This document shows positions 18,114 to 28,085 of a DNA stretch of 64,000 nt, one piece after another. A program made the position numbers and the translations under genes. The stretch covers positions 92,039 to 156,038 of the forward strand of contig CAWGJT010000011.1 in assembly GCA_963822965.1 (NCBI GenBank), in the 5' to 3' direction. Every line of letters begins with the position of its first letter. The first letter of the stretch is position 1. Below the pieces are notes generated by a model, which saw nothing but the letters and a program-made list of their open reading frames with translations, was not told the origin of the DNA and did not search any database. Origin of the DNA: an uncultured delta proteobacterium (GTDB taxonomy: Bacteria; Myxococcota_A; UBA9160; UBA4427).

Positions 18114-19748
18114 TCATTCCGCGCCGGATAGATGCTCCTGGAACGTACGCACGGCCGCGTCGCTGCCGCACACGTAGACCTGGTCGGTCTCCTCGAAGGC
18201 GAACTCAGGGGAGAACTCCACCAGCAGGTCGTCGCCCCGCTCGACCGCCACGATGGAGCATCCGGTGCGATCGCGGATCGAGGTCTCCGCCGGGTGGCGC
18301 CCGATCAGCCCGTTGGGCGAGGTCTTCAGCACCTTCAAGGCCACGTCGATGGTGACGGCCTCCTCTCCGAGCAGCCTGCGCGCGAGCAGCTGACCGGCCA
18401 CGTGGCTGAGCGAGAGGGCGAAGTCTGCGCCCGCCTGGTACATGCGCTCCACGTTCCGCGGGTGGCTGACGCGCGCGATCACCGGCACGTCGGGCGCCAT
18501 GTCCTTCACGATCACGGTGGCGAAGAGCGTGGCCTCGTCGGTATCGAGGGCCAGCACGATCACGCGCGCCCGCGCGACCTCGGCGCGCAGCAGCAGCTCG
18601 CGGTCGAGCACGTTGCCGGTGAGCGTGACGCCCGGTTGCTCGTTGCGGTCGAGGCTCACCACCAGCTCACCGGCGTCCCCGACCAGCTCGGCCACCTTGC
18701 GACCCACCTCGCCGAAGCCCGCGATCAGGATGGGACCCTTGCGCGGCAGCCGGCTCGCCCCCTCCGCGAGGTTCTCCAGGCGGGCGAGGCTCTCCTCGCT
18801 GCCCGCCGCCACCAGGATGCCGCGCGGCTCGAGCCGCATCTCCGCGGTCGGCTCGGCGAGCAGGCGACCGTTCACCCACTGGCCGATCACCGTGACGCCC
18901 GTGCGCTCGCCGATGCGCGCGGCGGCGAGCGTCCTGCCCGCGAGCGGGCTGTCCTCGAGGATGCGCACCTCGCCGATCTGGAGCTTGGCGCCGAGCTGCT
19001 GCACGCCGGAGACGCGCGGGCTGATGCGATCGCTCGCGCGAGCGGCCAGCGCGGCGGCGAGCAGGTGCCTTGGCGTGAACACGGCGGTCGCGCCCGCCAG
19101 CGATAGCGGAGCCCGGTGGAACGGATCCTCGGCGATGGCCAGGATGTCCCCCGTGAATCCCTCCTGACGGGCGCTCAGCAGCAGCGCCGCGTTCTCCTCG
19201 TCCGAGCCGTTCGCGACCAGGGCGCGCGCGCCATCGAGCGGGACCGCGGCCAACGGATCCGCCCCCTCCGGGCACCAGACCACGTTGACGCCCCGCTCGA
19301 CCAGCGAGCGCGCGACGGCCTCGTCCTCCTCGATCACCACGTAGGGAACGCTGTTCTGGTCCAGCTGCCCGAGCAACGACTCCACCGCGGGTCCGTGCCG
19401 GTAGATCACGACGTGGCCGGCTGCCTTGTCGAAGCTTCGCGGCAGCCGCGCCTCGAAGCGCTGCTCGAGGAAGGGCAGCAGGACGATCGGCAGCAGCAGG
19501 AAGACGAGCAGGACCCCCGCGAACTGGATCCCGATCACGAACAGAACCATCACCGGATGCGTCCAGCCCGCATCCTTTCCGTAGCCCGTCGTGGTGAGCG
19601 TCTCTCCGGCCCACTCGAGCGCCGACCAGAAGTCGCGCGGCTTGCCCTCGAGGTGATCCATGCCCAGCTGATAGAGCAGCGCCGACAGCAGCAGCAGCGC
19701 GAGCAGCCCCGCCGCGAGGATCAGGAGCGGTCGACTCCGCGAATGCAT
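18114..19748 (-). CDS. Potassium channel protein with tandem TrkA-N/TrkA-C (RCK) domains
   Basis: TLTTTGYG selectivity filter; two Rossmann/RCK pairs (GFGEVG). Confidence 0.9.
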   Translation of the reverse strand: MHSRSRPLLILAAGLLALLLLSALLYQLGMDHLEGKPRDFWSALEWAGETLTTTGYGKDAGWTHPVMVLFVIGIQFAGVLLVFLLLPIVLLPFLEQRFEARLPRSFDKAAGHVVIYRHGPAVESLLGQLDQNSVPYVVIEEDEAVARSLVERGVNVVWCPEGADPLAAVPLDGARALVANGSDEENAALLLSARQEGFTGDILAIAEDPFHRAPLSLAGATAVFTPRHLLAAALAARASDRISPRVSGVQQLGAKLQIGEVRILEDSPLAGRTLAAARIGERTGVTVIGQWVNGRLLAEPTAEMRLEPRGILVAAGSEESLARLENLAEGASRLPRKGPILIAGFGEVGRKVAELVGDAGELVVSLDRNEQPGVTLTGNVLDRELLLRAEVARARVIVLALDTDEATLFATVIVKDMAPDVPVIARVSHPRNVERMYQAGADFALSLSHVAGQLLARRLLGEEAVTIDVALKVLKTSPNGLIGRHPAETSIRDRTGCSIVAVERGDDLLVEFSPEFAFEETDQVYVCGSDAAVRTFQEHLSGAE

Positions 19749-21480
19749 GGCGCGCAGTGTAACGGCACGCCGGCTCGCCGGTCAGAAGCGCGAGGACCCG
19801 CCGCCGGCCGGATTCCTTCCCCAGTCCCACTCTGATAGGGTGGTGTCTCCAGCCAGCAGCCAGCCAGCCAGGCGGAGGGGTCCAGATGGTGTCGTCCAGG
19901 TTTGCCGCCCGCCTTCCGCGTGTCTGCGCGGCCTTCGCGTCACCCGGGCGGGCCTGGCCCTCGGAATCCTGGCCCTCGGAATCCTGGTGGGCAGCAGCGC
20001 CGGCGCGGCCGTGCTCTACGGGGTCTCCTGGAACGCCTCGGGGCTGTACCAGATCGACACCGCCACCGGCGCCGCCACGCTGGTGGGGTCGACCGGCCAG
20101 GTCGATCTCGGCGGCCTCGCCTTCGACGACAGCGGTGCGCTCTACGCGTTCAAAGGATCGAGCACCAACATCGGCTTCTACTCGGTAGATCCGGGCACCG
20201 GGGCGGCCACGCTGATCGGTCTGACCGCGCTCCAGGGTGGCGAAGGGGCCCTCGTCTGGGACCCGGTGGACGGCGTGTTCTACAGCCGGGCGAACGCGGG
20301 AGGGAGCGGCGGCGGCCTCACCATGGAGCTGGCGTCGATCGACCCGGGCACCGGCGTGGGCACCTCCATCGGGAACATGGGCCTCAACGTCGAGGCCGAC
20401 ATCAGCGGCATGGCGCTGCTGCCCGACGGCACGCTGATCGGTTTCGACTCGCAGTCCGCGCTGCCCAGCCAGATGGTGCAGATCGACAAGGGCACGGGCG
20501 CCGCCAGCGTCATCGGCCCGACCGGCGAGAGCGTGCTCTCCAGCCTCGGCGGGCTCGCCGTCGATCCCGATACCGGCATCGTGTACATGAGCAACGGCTT
20601 CAGCCTGTTCAGCGTCGATCCCGGAACCGGAGCGGCCACGGAGATCGGCGCCCACGGAGAGATCATCACCGGCCTCTCCTTCCAGACCACGCCCGCGCCC
20701 GCCCCCACCTGCCTGCTCGCCCTCGACGAGACGAGCACGCTGTTCGACGTCGACCCGACCGACGGCTCGGTGAGCAACCTGCGGCCGATGGGCGTCGACC
20801 AGCTCGGATCCCTCGTCCGCTCGCCGGGAGGCACGCTCTATGCTCTGCGCTCCTCGCTCACAGGCGAGCTGTACACCGCCGACGTCGCCACCGGCGCCGC
20901 CACCCTGGTGGGGCCGACCGGGCTCACCCTGCGCGAAGGCGGACTCGACTTCGATCCGCTGTCGAGCCAGCTCTACGGCATCAACGCCGCCAGCGCCGGG
21001 TTGCTCTTCACCCTGGACACCGGCACCGGCGCGGCCACGCCGGTCGGCGTCGTGCTCGACGAGTTCGGCGCGGGGATCGACGCGTCGGCGCTGGCGTTCG
21101 ACACTGCGGGCACCCTCTACGTGATGAAGAGCCAGCCCGCTCCCGAGATCTATCGGGTCAACCCGACGGACGCGAGCGTCTTCGACCGGGTGCCGATCCC
21201 CGCCTTTCCGACGGGCGTCGGCCCCGTCGGCATGGAGTTCGACGACGCCACCGGCACCCTCTACCTGAGCATCGACTCCCAGCTCGTCACGCTGGACCCG
21301 GCGACCGGCGCCACGACGTTGCTGGGCCCCACGCCCGCTACGTCGGGCCTCGAGGTCGTCGGCCCGTGCGCCAGCCTCTCGCCCGTCGCCGTGCCTGCCG
21401 CTGGGCCGTGGGCGCTGCTCGCCCTGGTGTTGGGGCTCACCGCCGGCGCCGGTGCGCTGCGCCCGCGCCGCCGCGCCTGA
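19747..21480 (+). CDS. Secreted double beta-propeller repeat protein with IPTL-CTERM-like sorting tail
   Basis: Repeated D[P/T]xTGxAT blades, signal peptide, C-terminal VPAAGPWALLALVLGL..RPRRRA; real start likely ~19886-19940. Confidence 0.78.
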   Translation: MARSVTARRLAGQKREDPPPAGFLPQSHSDRVVSPASSQPARRRGPDGVVQVCRPPSACLRGLRVTRAGLALGILALGILVGSSAGAAVLYGVSWNASGLYQIDTATGAATLVGSTGQVDLGGLAFDDSGALYAFKGSSTNIGFYSVDPGTGAATLIGLTALQGGEGALVWDPVDGVFYSRANAGGSGGGLTMELASIDPGTGVGTSIGNMGLNVEADISGMALLPDGTLIGFDSQSALPSQMVQIDKGTGAASVIGPTGESVLSSLGGLAVDPDTGIVYMSNGFSLFSVDPGTGAATEIGAHGEIITGLSFQTTPAPAPTCLLALDETSTLFDVDPTDGSVSNLRPMGVDQLGSLVRSPGGTLYALRSSLTGELYTADVATGAATLVGPTGLTLREGGLDFDPLSSQLYGINAASAGLLFTLDTGTGAATPVGVVLDEFGAGIDASALAFDTAGTLYVMKSQPAPEIYRVNPTDASVFDRVPIPAFPTGVGPVGMEFDDATGTLYLSIDSQLVTLDPATGATTLLGPTPATSGLEVVGPCASLSPVAVPAAGPWALLALVLGLTAGAGALRPRRRA

Positions 21481-21493
21481 ACGCGGCCGCCCG

Positions 21494-21675
21494 CGCTGCG
21501 GCGATTCGTGGGCCTGACCCAGGCCGACTTCGCCCGGGCGATCGAGATCAGCGTACACACGCTGCGCAACTGGGAGCAGGGGCGCCGCCGACCCGAGGGG
21601 CCCGCGATCGCATTGCTGCGAATCGCGGCACGACATCCGCGGATCATCCGCGAGAACCTGAGATCCGCTGCCTGA
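21494..21675 (+). pseudogene. XRE/HigA-type HTH antitoxin, C-terminal remnant
   Basis: ALRRFVGLTQADFARAIEISVHTLRNWEQGRRRPEGPAIALLRIAARHP; begins right after the previous stop with no RBS. Confidence 0.75.
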
Positions 21676-22209
21676 AGTGGGCCCAGCGGGTCGTAGGCTC
21701 CGACTTCGAGACCGTGGCCCGCCGGTGCGACGGAGCGTAGGACCCACTCTTCGGTGTCGCTCGACTGCGGGTCGGGGCGCCCGCCCGTGCGGATCTCGTC
21801 ACCCTCTCGTTCGACGACAGCCCGGTGCGGCCCATCGACGGGCTGACGCTCTCCGGCGTCACCTTCGACTACGAGATCGACGGGGTCGATTCCGACGCGG
21901 CGACCTACCCGGGCTACGATCCCCTCGTCCCCACCTTCCCCGCGCTGGTCGGTCCCCTCTCCCCCGGGCGCTCGTCGACTGCATCGCCGCGCCCGAAGGC
22001 ACCGCCATCGAGTCGAGGGAGCCTTGTGGGGCGCCGACCATTTGTCGTGCGATATCAATGGGTTGGGTGAGCAGGATGCGGAGTGCGGCAAGCCGGCGTC
22101 CGGCGTCCGCACGCCGAGCTGAATCGGACGTTTGCGAGTGTCCCCAGGAGCCGCGGGACAGATCGGAGGCAAGCAATCCGTACGGACGGCCGGGTGCTAC
22201 GGTACGTAC

Positions 22210-22437
22210 ATGCCCAAGCGACTCACTCGGTCCGGAAACAGCCTCGCCCTCGTGATCGATCGTCCGTTGCTCGAGGCGCTCGCGATCGACGCGGACACCG
22301 AGCTCGAGCTCTCGACGGATGGCGATGTCCTCGTTGTGACCCCCGTGCGCGATCGCAAGCGCAAGAGGCGGACCGCTGACCTGGTGGCCGAGGCGCACGA
22401 GCAGTACGGCGGCGTCTTCCGCCGACTCGCGGAGTGA
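22210..22437 (+). CDS. AbrB/MazE-type antitoxin
   Basis: MPKRLTRSGNSLALVIDRPLL...YGGVFRRLAE; GTGA overlap with the toxin gene. Confidence 0.88.
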   Translation: MPKRLTRSGNSLALVIDRPLLEALAIDADTELELSTDGDVLVVTPVRDRKRKRRTADLVAEAHEQYGGVFRRLAE

Positions 22438-22826
22438 GCGAGCCCGAATTCCTGACCCTCGACGAAGTGCTCGGGATCCACGCCGATCAGATGCGTGTGT
22501 ATGGTGGCGCGAGCGGGCTTCGCGACCTCGAGCTGCTTCGCTCCGCGATCTCCATGCCCGAGACGACCTTCGATGGCGAGTACTTGCATCCGAGCGTGTT
22601 CGAGATGGCGGCGGCCTATCTGTTCCACCTGGCGCGGAATCATCCGTTCGTCGATGGAAACAAGCGGACGGCGCTCATGTGCGCGTTGGTATTTCTCGGC
22701 TTGAACGGCGAGCATCTGCAAGCCGATCCGGACGAGCTGTACTCGTTGGTCGATGGAGTTGCGGCGGGCGAGGTCGACAAGGCGGAGGTTTCGGTGTTCC
22801 TCAGGCGCCACAGTGCGGATCGCTGA
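22434..22826 (+). CDS. doc: Death-on-curing (Fic/Doc) toxin
   Basis: HPFVDGNKRT motif. Confidence 0.92.
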   Translation: MSEPEFLTLDEVLGIHADQMRVYGGASGLRDLELLRSAISMPETTFDGEYLHPSVFEMAAAYLFHLARNHPFVDGNKRTALMCALVFLGLNGEHLQADPDELYSLVDGVAAGEVDKAEVSVFLRRHSADR

Positions 22827-23300
22827 GAGGCCCCGTTGGAGACCCTGGGCTGCGTGGAGAGGCTGGGGCGGAGCCCGCTATCAGAAGGCGAAGACCTGCG
22901 AGTCCGTCACCGAACCCGTCGCGCCGTCGAAGGAGCGCAGCGTCTGCGTTCAGATCCACCCACCGTGAAGCCCGGCGGAACGACCTGAAGCACGCCACCC
23001 GGGACGACCAGATCGTGGGATGTGCCCGGTCGAATGGGAACCTCATCCACTTCCCCGTACCACTCCTCGATCTGCTCCGTGGTGGGCCGAGAGCCGCCGC
23101 CCCGGAAGGCGAGACTGCCGATCCCGACCCATCCTTCAGGGGCGCTACGCCGATAGCATGCGCTGTGGAACCACCCAGCGCCGGCCAGACGAAAAGAGCG
23201 CCACCTTTTCGATTCGACGGCCACCTCCTTCCTACATCGGGCATCCGGCCCCATGAACGCTGGTCCAGGTCGCTGAGATCCGACCGCAGAGGGGGTTCAC

Positions 23301-23987
23301 GTGATGCTGCGCTCTACGTTCCTGGCCTTGGCGATAGGGATGGCGTGCGTGCTGGGCGCGCCCGCAGCCCGGTCCGCCACGCTGGACCAGGTCTCGGCGG
23401 CCCCCTCCGACTTCGGTGCCTTCCTGGAGGACGTGTCCGGAAGCCTCGGCGAGAACGCCTACCAGACGCAGACGTTCACGGTCGGCCTGACCGGCATCCT
23501 CGACAGCTTCGAGGTCGAGCTCGGCCTGATCGATCCGGTGGCCGGCACGGTGCACTTCCAGGTGTACTCGACGACACCCGCGGGTCTGCCCGATCTCCTA
23601 TCGACGCCGCTCGCCGAGGTCGACCTCGCGTACGACCTGCCGGGCGATACCTCGGAGTTCTTCCTCGCCGACATCAGGAGCTTCGGCGTCCCGGTCACCG
23701 CCGGCGATGTCCTGGCGCTGGTCGGTGTGACGGGCAGCATCGTCTCGACCTCGGGTGATCCGACCGTGAACTGGGTCGGCTCGTCGGCGGATCCCTACGC
23801 CGGCGGACGCTACAACGCGTTCTTTGCCTCCGACCTCGAGAACCCGGTATCGCCGCTCGACTTCGCCGCCTACGACCTGAACTTCCGCACCTACGTCGAC
23901 GTGCCCGAGCCCGCCACCGGCGCACTGCTCGCGCTGGGCCTGCTCGGCGCGGCGCTCGCGCGCTCGCGCCGCGAGCGGATGCACTAG
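23301..23987 (+). CDS. PEP-CTERM sorting-domain protein
   Basis: Signal peptide; VPEPATGALLALGLLGAALARSRR. Confidence 0.88.
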   Translation: MMLRSTFLALAIGMACVLGAPAARSATLDQVSAAPSDFGAFLEDVSGSLGENAYQTQTFTVGLTGILDSFEVELGLIDPVAGTVHFQVYSTTPAGLPDLLSTPLAEVDLAYDLPGDTSEFFLADIRSFGVPVTAGDVLALVGVTGSIVSTSGDPTVNWVGSSADPYAGGRYNAFFASDLENPVSPLDFAAYDLNFRTYVDVPEPATGALLALGLLGAALARSRRERMH

Positions 23988-24038
23988 CCCGCTCGAAGCG
24001 GTCGAGCTGACGCTGGGCAGAGGTCGACATGCGGTCCA

Positions 24039-25046
24039 CTAGGGCGCCACCTCGATCATCACCTTGCCCGCTACGGCCGGGTCGCGCGCGACGTCGAGCG
24101 CCTCGTGCAAGCGCTCGAGCGGGAAGCGGTGGGTGATCATCGAGCTCAGGTCGCGGCGGGCGAGCAGGTCGATGCCGCGCGCGAAGTCGTCCGGATATTC
24201 CATCGCGCCGTTGATCTGGAGCTCGCGCATCAGCACGAGCAGGAAGTTGACCTCGATCGGCTTTCGGTGCAGCGCGACGATCGAGAGCCGCGCCCCGCGG
24301 CGGGCGTTGCCGATGACCTCGGGGATCACGATCGGCGCGCCCGACGCCTCGACGAAGACGTCGGTGGCGGCGACGGGCCCGCCGAAGAAGAGCGTCTCGC
24401 CGTGGAGCGCCCGCAGCTCGCGCCAGACGTCGGCCTCGCCGGCATTCACCGTCGCGCGCGCGCCGAGGGAGCTGGCCAGCTCGAGCCTCTGCGGCGAGAG
24501 GTCGATCGCGACGATGTCCTCGCAGCCGCGGTCGCGCAGGGACGCGACGGCGGCGAGGCCGATCGGGCCGGCTCCGAACACGGCGGCCTTCTCGTGAGGC
24601 TCGACGCGGAGCTTGTCGACGGCGTTCATTCCGACGCCCAGCGGCTCGGCGAGCGCGGCGAGGTCGAATGGCATCGAGTGGGGAAGCGCGTGAAGCCGGC
24701 GGCGGTCTGCGTTCCGAACGAGCAGCCGGGGTGCGAAGCCTCCTTCGGGCCCGCCATTGCCGACTGCGCCACCTTCCGGATCACGGGGATCGAGCGCAAC
24801 CCGGTCTCCCACGGCCAGCGTCTCGACGCCCGGGCCGACCTGCTCGACGACGCCCGCCAGCTCGTGCCCGATGGGCATGGGCTCGGGCGTCGGCCCCGCG
24901 ACGCCGCCGAGCGCGATGTAGCCGAGATCGCTGCCGCAGATGCCGCAGGACTCCACGCGCAGCACGACCTCGCCGCGGCCCGCGATCGGCTCGGGCACCT
25001 CGTCGAGACGGACGTCGCCGGGGCCGTGGATTCGTGCCTGGAGCAT
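24039..25046 (-). CDS. Zinc-binding (medium-chain) dehydrogenase
   Basis: CGICGSD, GHE, GAGPIG. Confidence 0.92.
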   Translation of the reverse strand: MLQARIHGPGDVRLDEVPEPIAGRGEVVLRVESCGICGSDLGYIALGGVAGPTPEPMPIGHELAGVVEQVGPGVETLAVGDRVALDPRDPEGGAVGNGGPEGGFAPRLLVRNADRRRLHALPHSMPFDLAALAEPLGVGMNAVDKLRVEPHEKAAVFGAGPIGLAAVASLRDRGCEDIVAIDLSPQRLELASSLGARATVNAGEADVWRELRALHGETLFFGGPVAATDVFVEASGAPIVIPEVIGNARRGARLSIVALHRKPIEVNFLLVLMRELQINGAMEYPDDFARGIDLLARRDLSSMITHRFPLERLHEALDVARDPAVAGKVMIEVAP

Positions 25047-25125
25047 GGGCGTCTTGCCTTCCTTTCCGGGTTCGTCGTTCGTCTCCGGGGTCGTCGTTCG
25101 TCGTTCGGGCCGCCGCGCGTGCCGT

Positions 25126-25875
25126 CTACTTCGCCATGAACCCGCCGTCGACGCAGAGGGTCGCTCCCGTGACGAATCGCGCCTCTTCGCTGGCGAGGAA
25201 GAGATAGGCCGGCGCCACCTCCTCCGGGTGGCCCCATCGGCTCATGGGCACGCGATCGAGCTCGGCGCGCTCGACCGCCTCCATCCCCTTCATCTTCATG
25301 ACGGCGGTCATGTTCGTCTCGATCAGGCCCGGCGCCACGGCGTTGACGCGCACGTTCTCCTGCGCCCACGCGGCACCCATGTTGACGGTCATCTGGACCA
25401 GGCCCGCCTTCGCGGCGCCGTAGCCGGGCACGACCGGGACGGATCGGAACGCGGACATGCTCACCGTGTTGACGATGCTTCCTCCGCCGGTGAGCGCGCT
25501 CGCGGCGAGCAGCGGCTTCAGCTCGACCGCGAGCGTGAAGGCGCTGACCAGGTGCAGCTGGAGGGCCTGCGCGAAAATCTCGGGCTTCCATTCGTCGAGT
25601 GCCGCGAGGTTCGATCCGGCGTTGTTCACGAGGACGTCGAGCGCGTCGAAGCCGGCGGCGAGCGCGTGGAGCGAGGCCGCGTCGGTCATCTCGGCCTGTC
25701 GATAGTCGAAGCGGGAGAGATCGAGGTCGTACTCGCCCGGCGCGGCCCGGCGCCCGGTGATGGTGACGTCGGCGCGGGCGTCGGCGAACGCGGTGGCGAC
25801 CGCCAGGCCGATACCGGAGCTCCCGCCCGTCACGAGAACGTGGCGTCCGGTGAAGTCGAAGCTCGTCGTGGGCAT
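25126..25875 (-). CDS. Short-chain dehydrogenase/reductase
   Basis: TGGSSGIG, NNAG, YGAAK, VNAVAPG. Confidence 0.93.
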   Translation of the reverse strand: MPTTSFDFTGRHVLVTGGSSGIGLAVATAFADARADVTITGRRAAPGEYDLDLSRFDYRQAEMTDAASLHALAAGFDALDVLVNNAGSNLAALDEWKPEIFAQALQLHLVSAFTLAVELKPLLAASALTGGGSIVNTVSMSAFRSVPVVPGYGAAKAGLVQMTVNMGAAWAQENVRVNAVAPGLIETNMTAVMKMKGMEAVERAELDRVPMSRWGHPEEVAPAYLFLASEEARFVTGATLCVDGGFMAK

Positions 25876-26080
25876 TGGGGCTCCTCTTGGACCTCTCAAC
25901 GGGCCGCTCACAGGGCCGCGCGCCGAGGTCCGATCGGGTGCCGATCGGCCACCGGAGGCCGCGCATGATCGCCTCCGCCGGCTTGCTCTTCCACGCCAGG
26001 TCGAGGCGACCGCTGTGCGCTGGCCTCTCGGAGCCTGCGAAGGCGCTCCTGCACCCGCCCGCATTACGGTCGTCTCATTT

Positions 26081-26101
26081 AACTTGACGGATGTAAAAGT
26101 T
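26081..26101. promoter_or_regulatory. Putative TetR-type operator/promoter between divergent SDR and P450 genes
   Basis: AT-rich imperfect palindrome AACTTGACGGATGTAAAAGTT. Confidence 0.5.
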
Positions 26102-26137
26102 GTGGCAGGCTGAGGGGCGCGCGTCCAGGAGGTGCTC

Positions 26138-27337
26138 ATGGCTGAATTTGCCCCCGACCGGATCGACTTCTACCAGGGGGATCCGCACGCGGCCTTTCGC
26201 CGGCTGCGCGCCGAGGATCCCCTGCACTGGTATGCGGAGGGCCCCTTCTGGTGCGCGACGCGCCATGCCGAGGTGAGGGAGATCTCGCAGCGCCCGCGCA
26301 GCTTCTCCTCGGCGCACGGCACCCAGATGTTCGAGGTCCCGATGCGGGTCGCGGACGGTGCGCGCCCGATGGAGGAGGCCCCCTCCATCATCCGCATGGA
26401 CCCGCCCGCCCACAATCGCCACCGCAAGCTGGTGATCGGCGCGTTCACGCCGCGCATGATCGCCGCCCTCGAGCCCCGCGTGCGCCACCTCGCGCGCGAG
26501 AGCGTGGCCGCGATTCGCCCGGGCGAGCCCTTCGACTTCGTCGAGCGGGTCGCCATCCCGCTGCCCATGTTCGTGATCGCCGAGCTGCTCGGTGTGCCGA
26601 AGTCCGACTACGCCACCTTCCGGCGCTGGTCGGATGCGATGATCGAGGCCGGCAGCAGCGGGCCGAGCGAGGCGTCGATCACCACGGCGGCGGAGCTCTT
26701 CGGCTACATGGTCGAGAAGGCCGCCGAGCGTCGGCGCGCGCCGCGCGAGGACGTCCTCTCGAAGGTCGCGCTCGCCGAGCTCGACGGCGAGCGGCTCTCC
26801 GACGCCGAGCTCGGCGTCTTCTGCCTGACGCTCCTCGTGGCGGGCAACGAGACCACCCGCAACCTGATCGCGGGCGGGATGCACGCGCTGCTCGAGGATC
26901 GTGCGCAGTGGGAGAAGCTCTGCTCCGCCCCGCTGCTACTGCCGAACGCCGTCGAGGAGATGCTCCGCTTCGTGAGTCCGATCCAGAACTTCGCACGCCG
27001 GGTGATGCACGACACGGAGCTCGCCGGTCGCAAGCTTCGCGAAGGCGAGTACGTGGTGCTCTTCTACGGCTCCGCGAACCGGGACGAAGCCGTATTCGGA
27101 GCGAACGCCGAGTGCTTCGATGTCACCCGCCCGGAGGCCGATCGACATCTGGCCTTCGGCTTCGGCGAGCACCTCTGCCTCGGCGCCTCTCTCGCCAGGC
27201 TCGAGGCGCGCGTGCTGTTCGAGGAGCTGATCGCGCGCGGCCCCCGCTTCGCGCTCGCCGGCGAGCCGCGCAAGCTCCGCTCCACCCTGGTGAACGGCGT
27301 GGTCGAGATGCCCGTGGTGTTCGAGGAGGGCCCGTGA
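26138..27337 (+). CDS. Cytochrome P450
   Basis: AGNETT, EEMLR, FGFGEHLCLG. Confidence 0.96.
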   Translation: MAEFAPDRIDFYQGDPHAAFRRLRAEDPLHWYAEGPFWCATRHAEVREISQRPRSFSSAHGTQMFEVPMRVADGARPMEEAPSIIRMDPPAHNRHRKLVIGAFTPRMIAALEPRVRHLARESVAAIRPGEPFDFVERVAIPLPMFVIAELLGVPKSDYATFRRWSDAMIEAGSSGPSEASITTAAELFGYMVEKAAERRRAPREDVLSKVALAELDGERLSDAELGVFCLTLLVAGNETTRNLIAGGMHALLEDRAQWEKLCSAPLLLPNAVEEMLRFVSPIQNFARRVMHDTELAGRKLREGEYVVLFYGSANRDEAVFGANAECFDVTRPEADRHLAFGFGEHLCLGASLARLEARVLFEELIARGPRFALAGEPRKLRSTLVNGVVEMPVVFEEGP

Positions 27338-27966
27338 CCGCGCGTGGTGCCGCTCCGACGGCCGACTGGCCGGCGAGCCCGCCGTCCCCGTTCGTGCGCG
27401 CGAGCACGCGCGAGCGACAGCGCGCCGCCACCCGGGAGCGGCTGTTCGCCGCGGCGATCGACGAGTTCCGCCGCGAGGGCTTCGAGCGCGCCAGCGTTGC
27501 CCGCATCGCGCGCGGCGCCGGCGTCTCGCGGCCGAGCTTCTACGCGCACTTCCCCACCCTCGACCACGTGCTGTTCGAGTGGGCCTGGCGCCTCGCCTCC
27601 CAGATCGTGCGCAAGCTCGAGGGCGGCACGGACCTGCGCGACACGCTCGATCGTCTCGTCGACGCCCTGATCGATGCCGAGCAGGCCGTCGGCGATCCGA
27701 CGCTGTTCCGCGAGATGATCAGCATCTTCGCTCGCAGAGCGGCCGGCCCCGAGCTCGACGGCCGCGACATCCCGGTGCTGGGCGAGCTGATGCGCTGCTT
27801 CGAGCGGGGCCGGGAGCGAGGCGAGCTGCGCGGCGGCATGCCGGCCGAGCAGGCCGCGCGCCTCTGCCTGTCCGGGGTGTTCGGTCACCTGCTCGGCGTC
27901 GACGTCACGCCGGACGAGCGGCGCGCCGACCTCCGCGCGCTCTTCTCTCTGTACGTGTCCACGTGA
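27334..27966 (+). CDS. TetR/AcrR-family regulator
   Basis: TRERLFAAAIDEF..IARGAGVSRPSFYAHF. Confidence 0.9.
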   Translation: MTARGAAPTADWPASPPSPFVRASTRERQRAATRERLFAAAIDEFRREGFERASVARIARGAGVSRPSFYAHFPTLDHVLFEWAWRLASQIVRKLEGGTDLRDTLDRLVDALIDAEQAVGDPTLFREMISIFARRAAGPELDGRDIPVLGELMRCFERGRERGELRGGMPAEQAARLCLSGVFGHLLGVDVTPDERRADLRALFSLYVST

Positions 27967-28085
27967 GGCGACGCCTTGGGGGGTCGCCCGGGTCACCTGC
28001 CGGAGCGCCTGCTCTCGGACGCGCTGGCCGACGAGAAGCGTTCGATGCATCCTCTCGAGGGCGATCCATCGGGGGCTCGAAGAGG

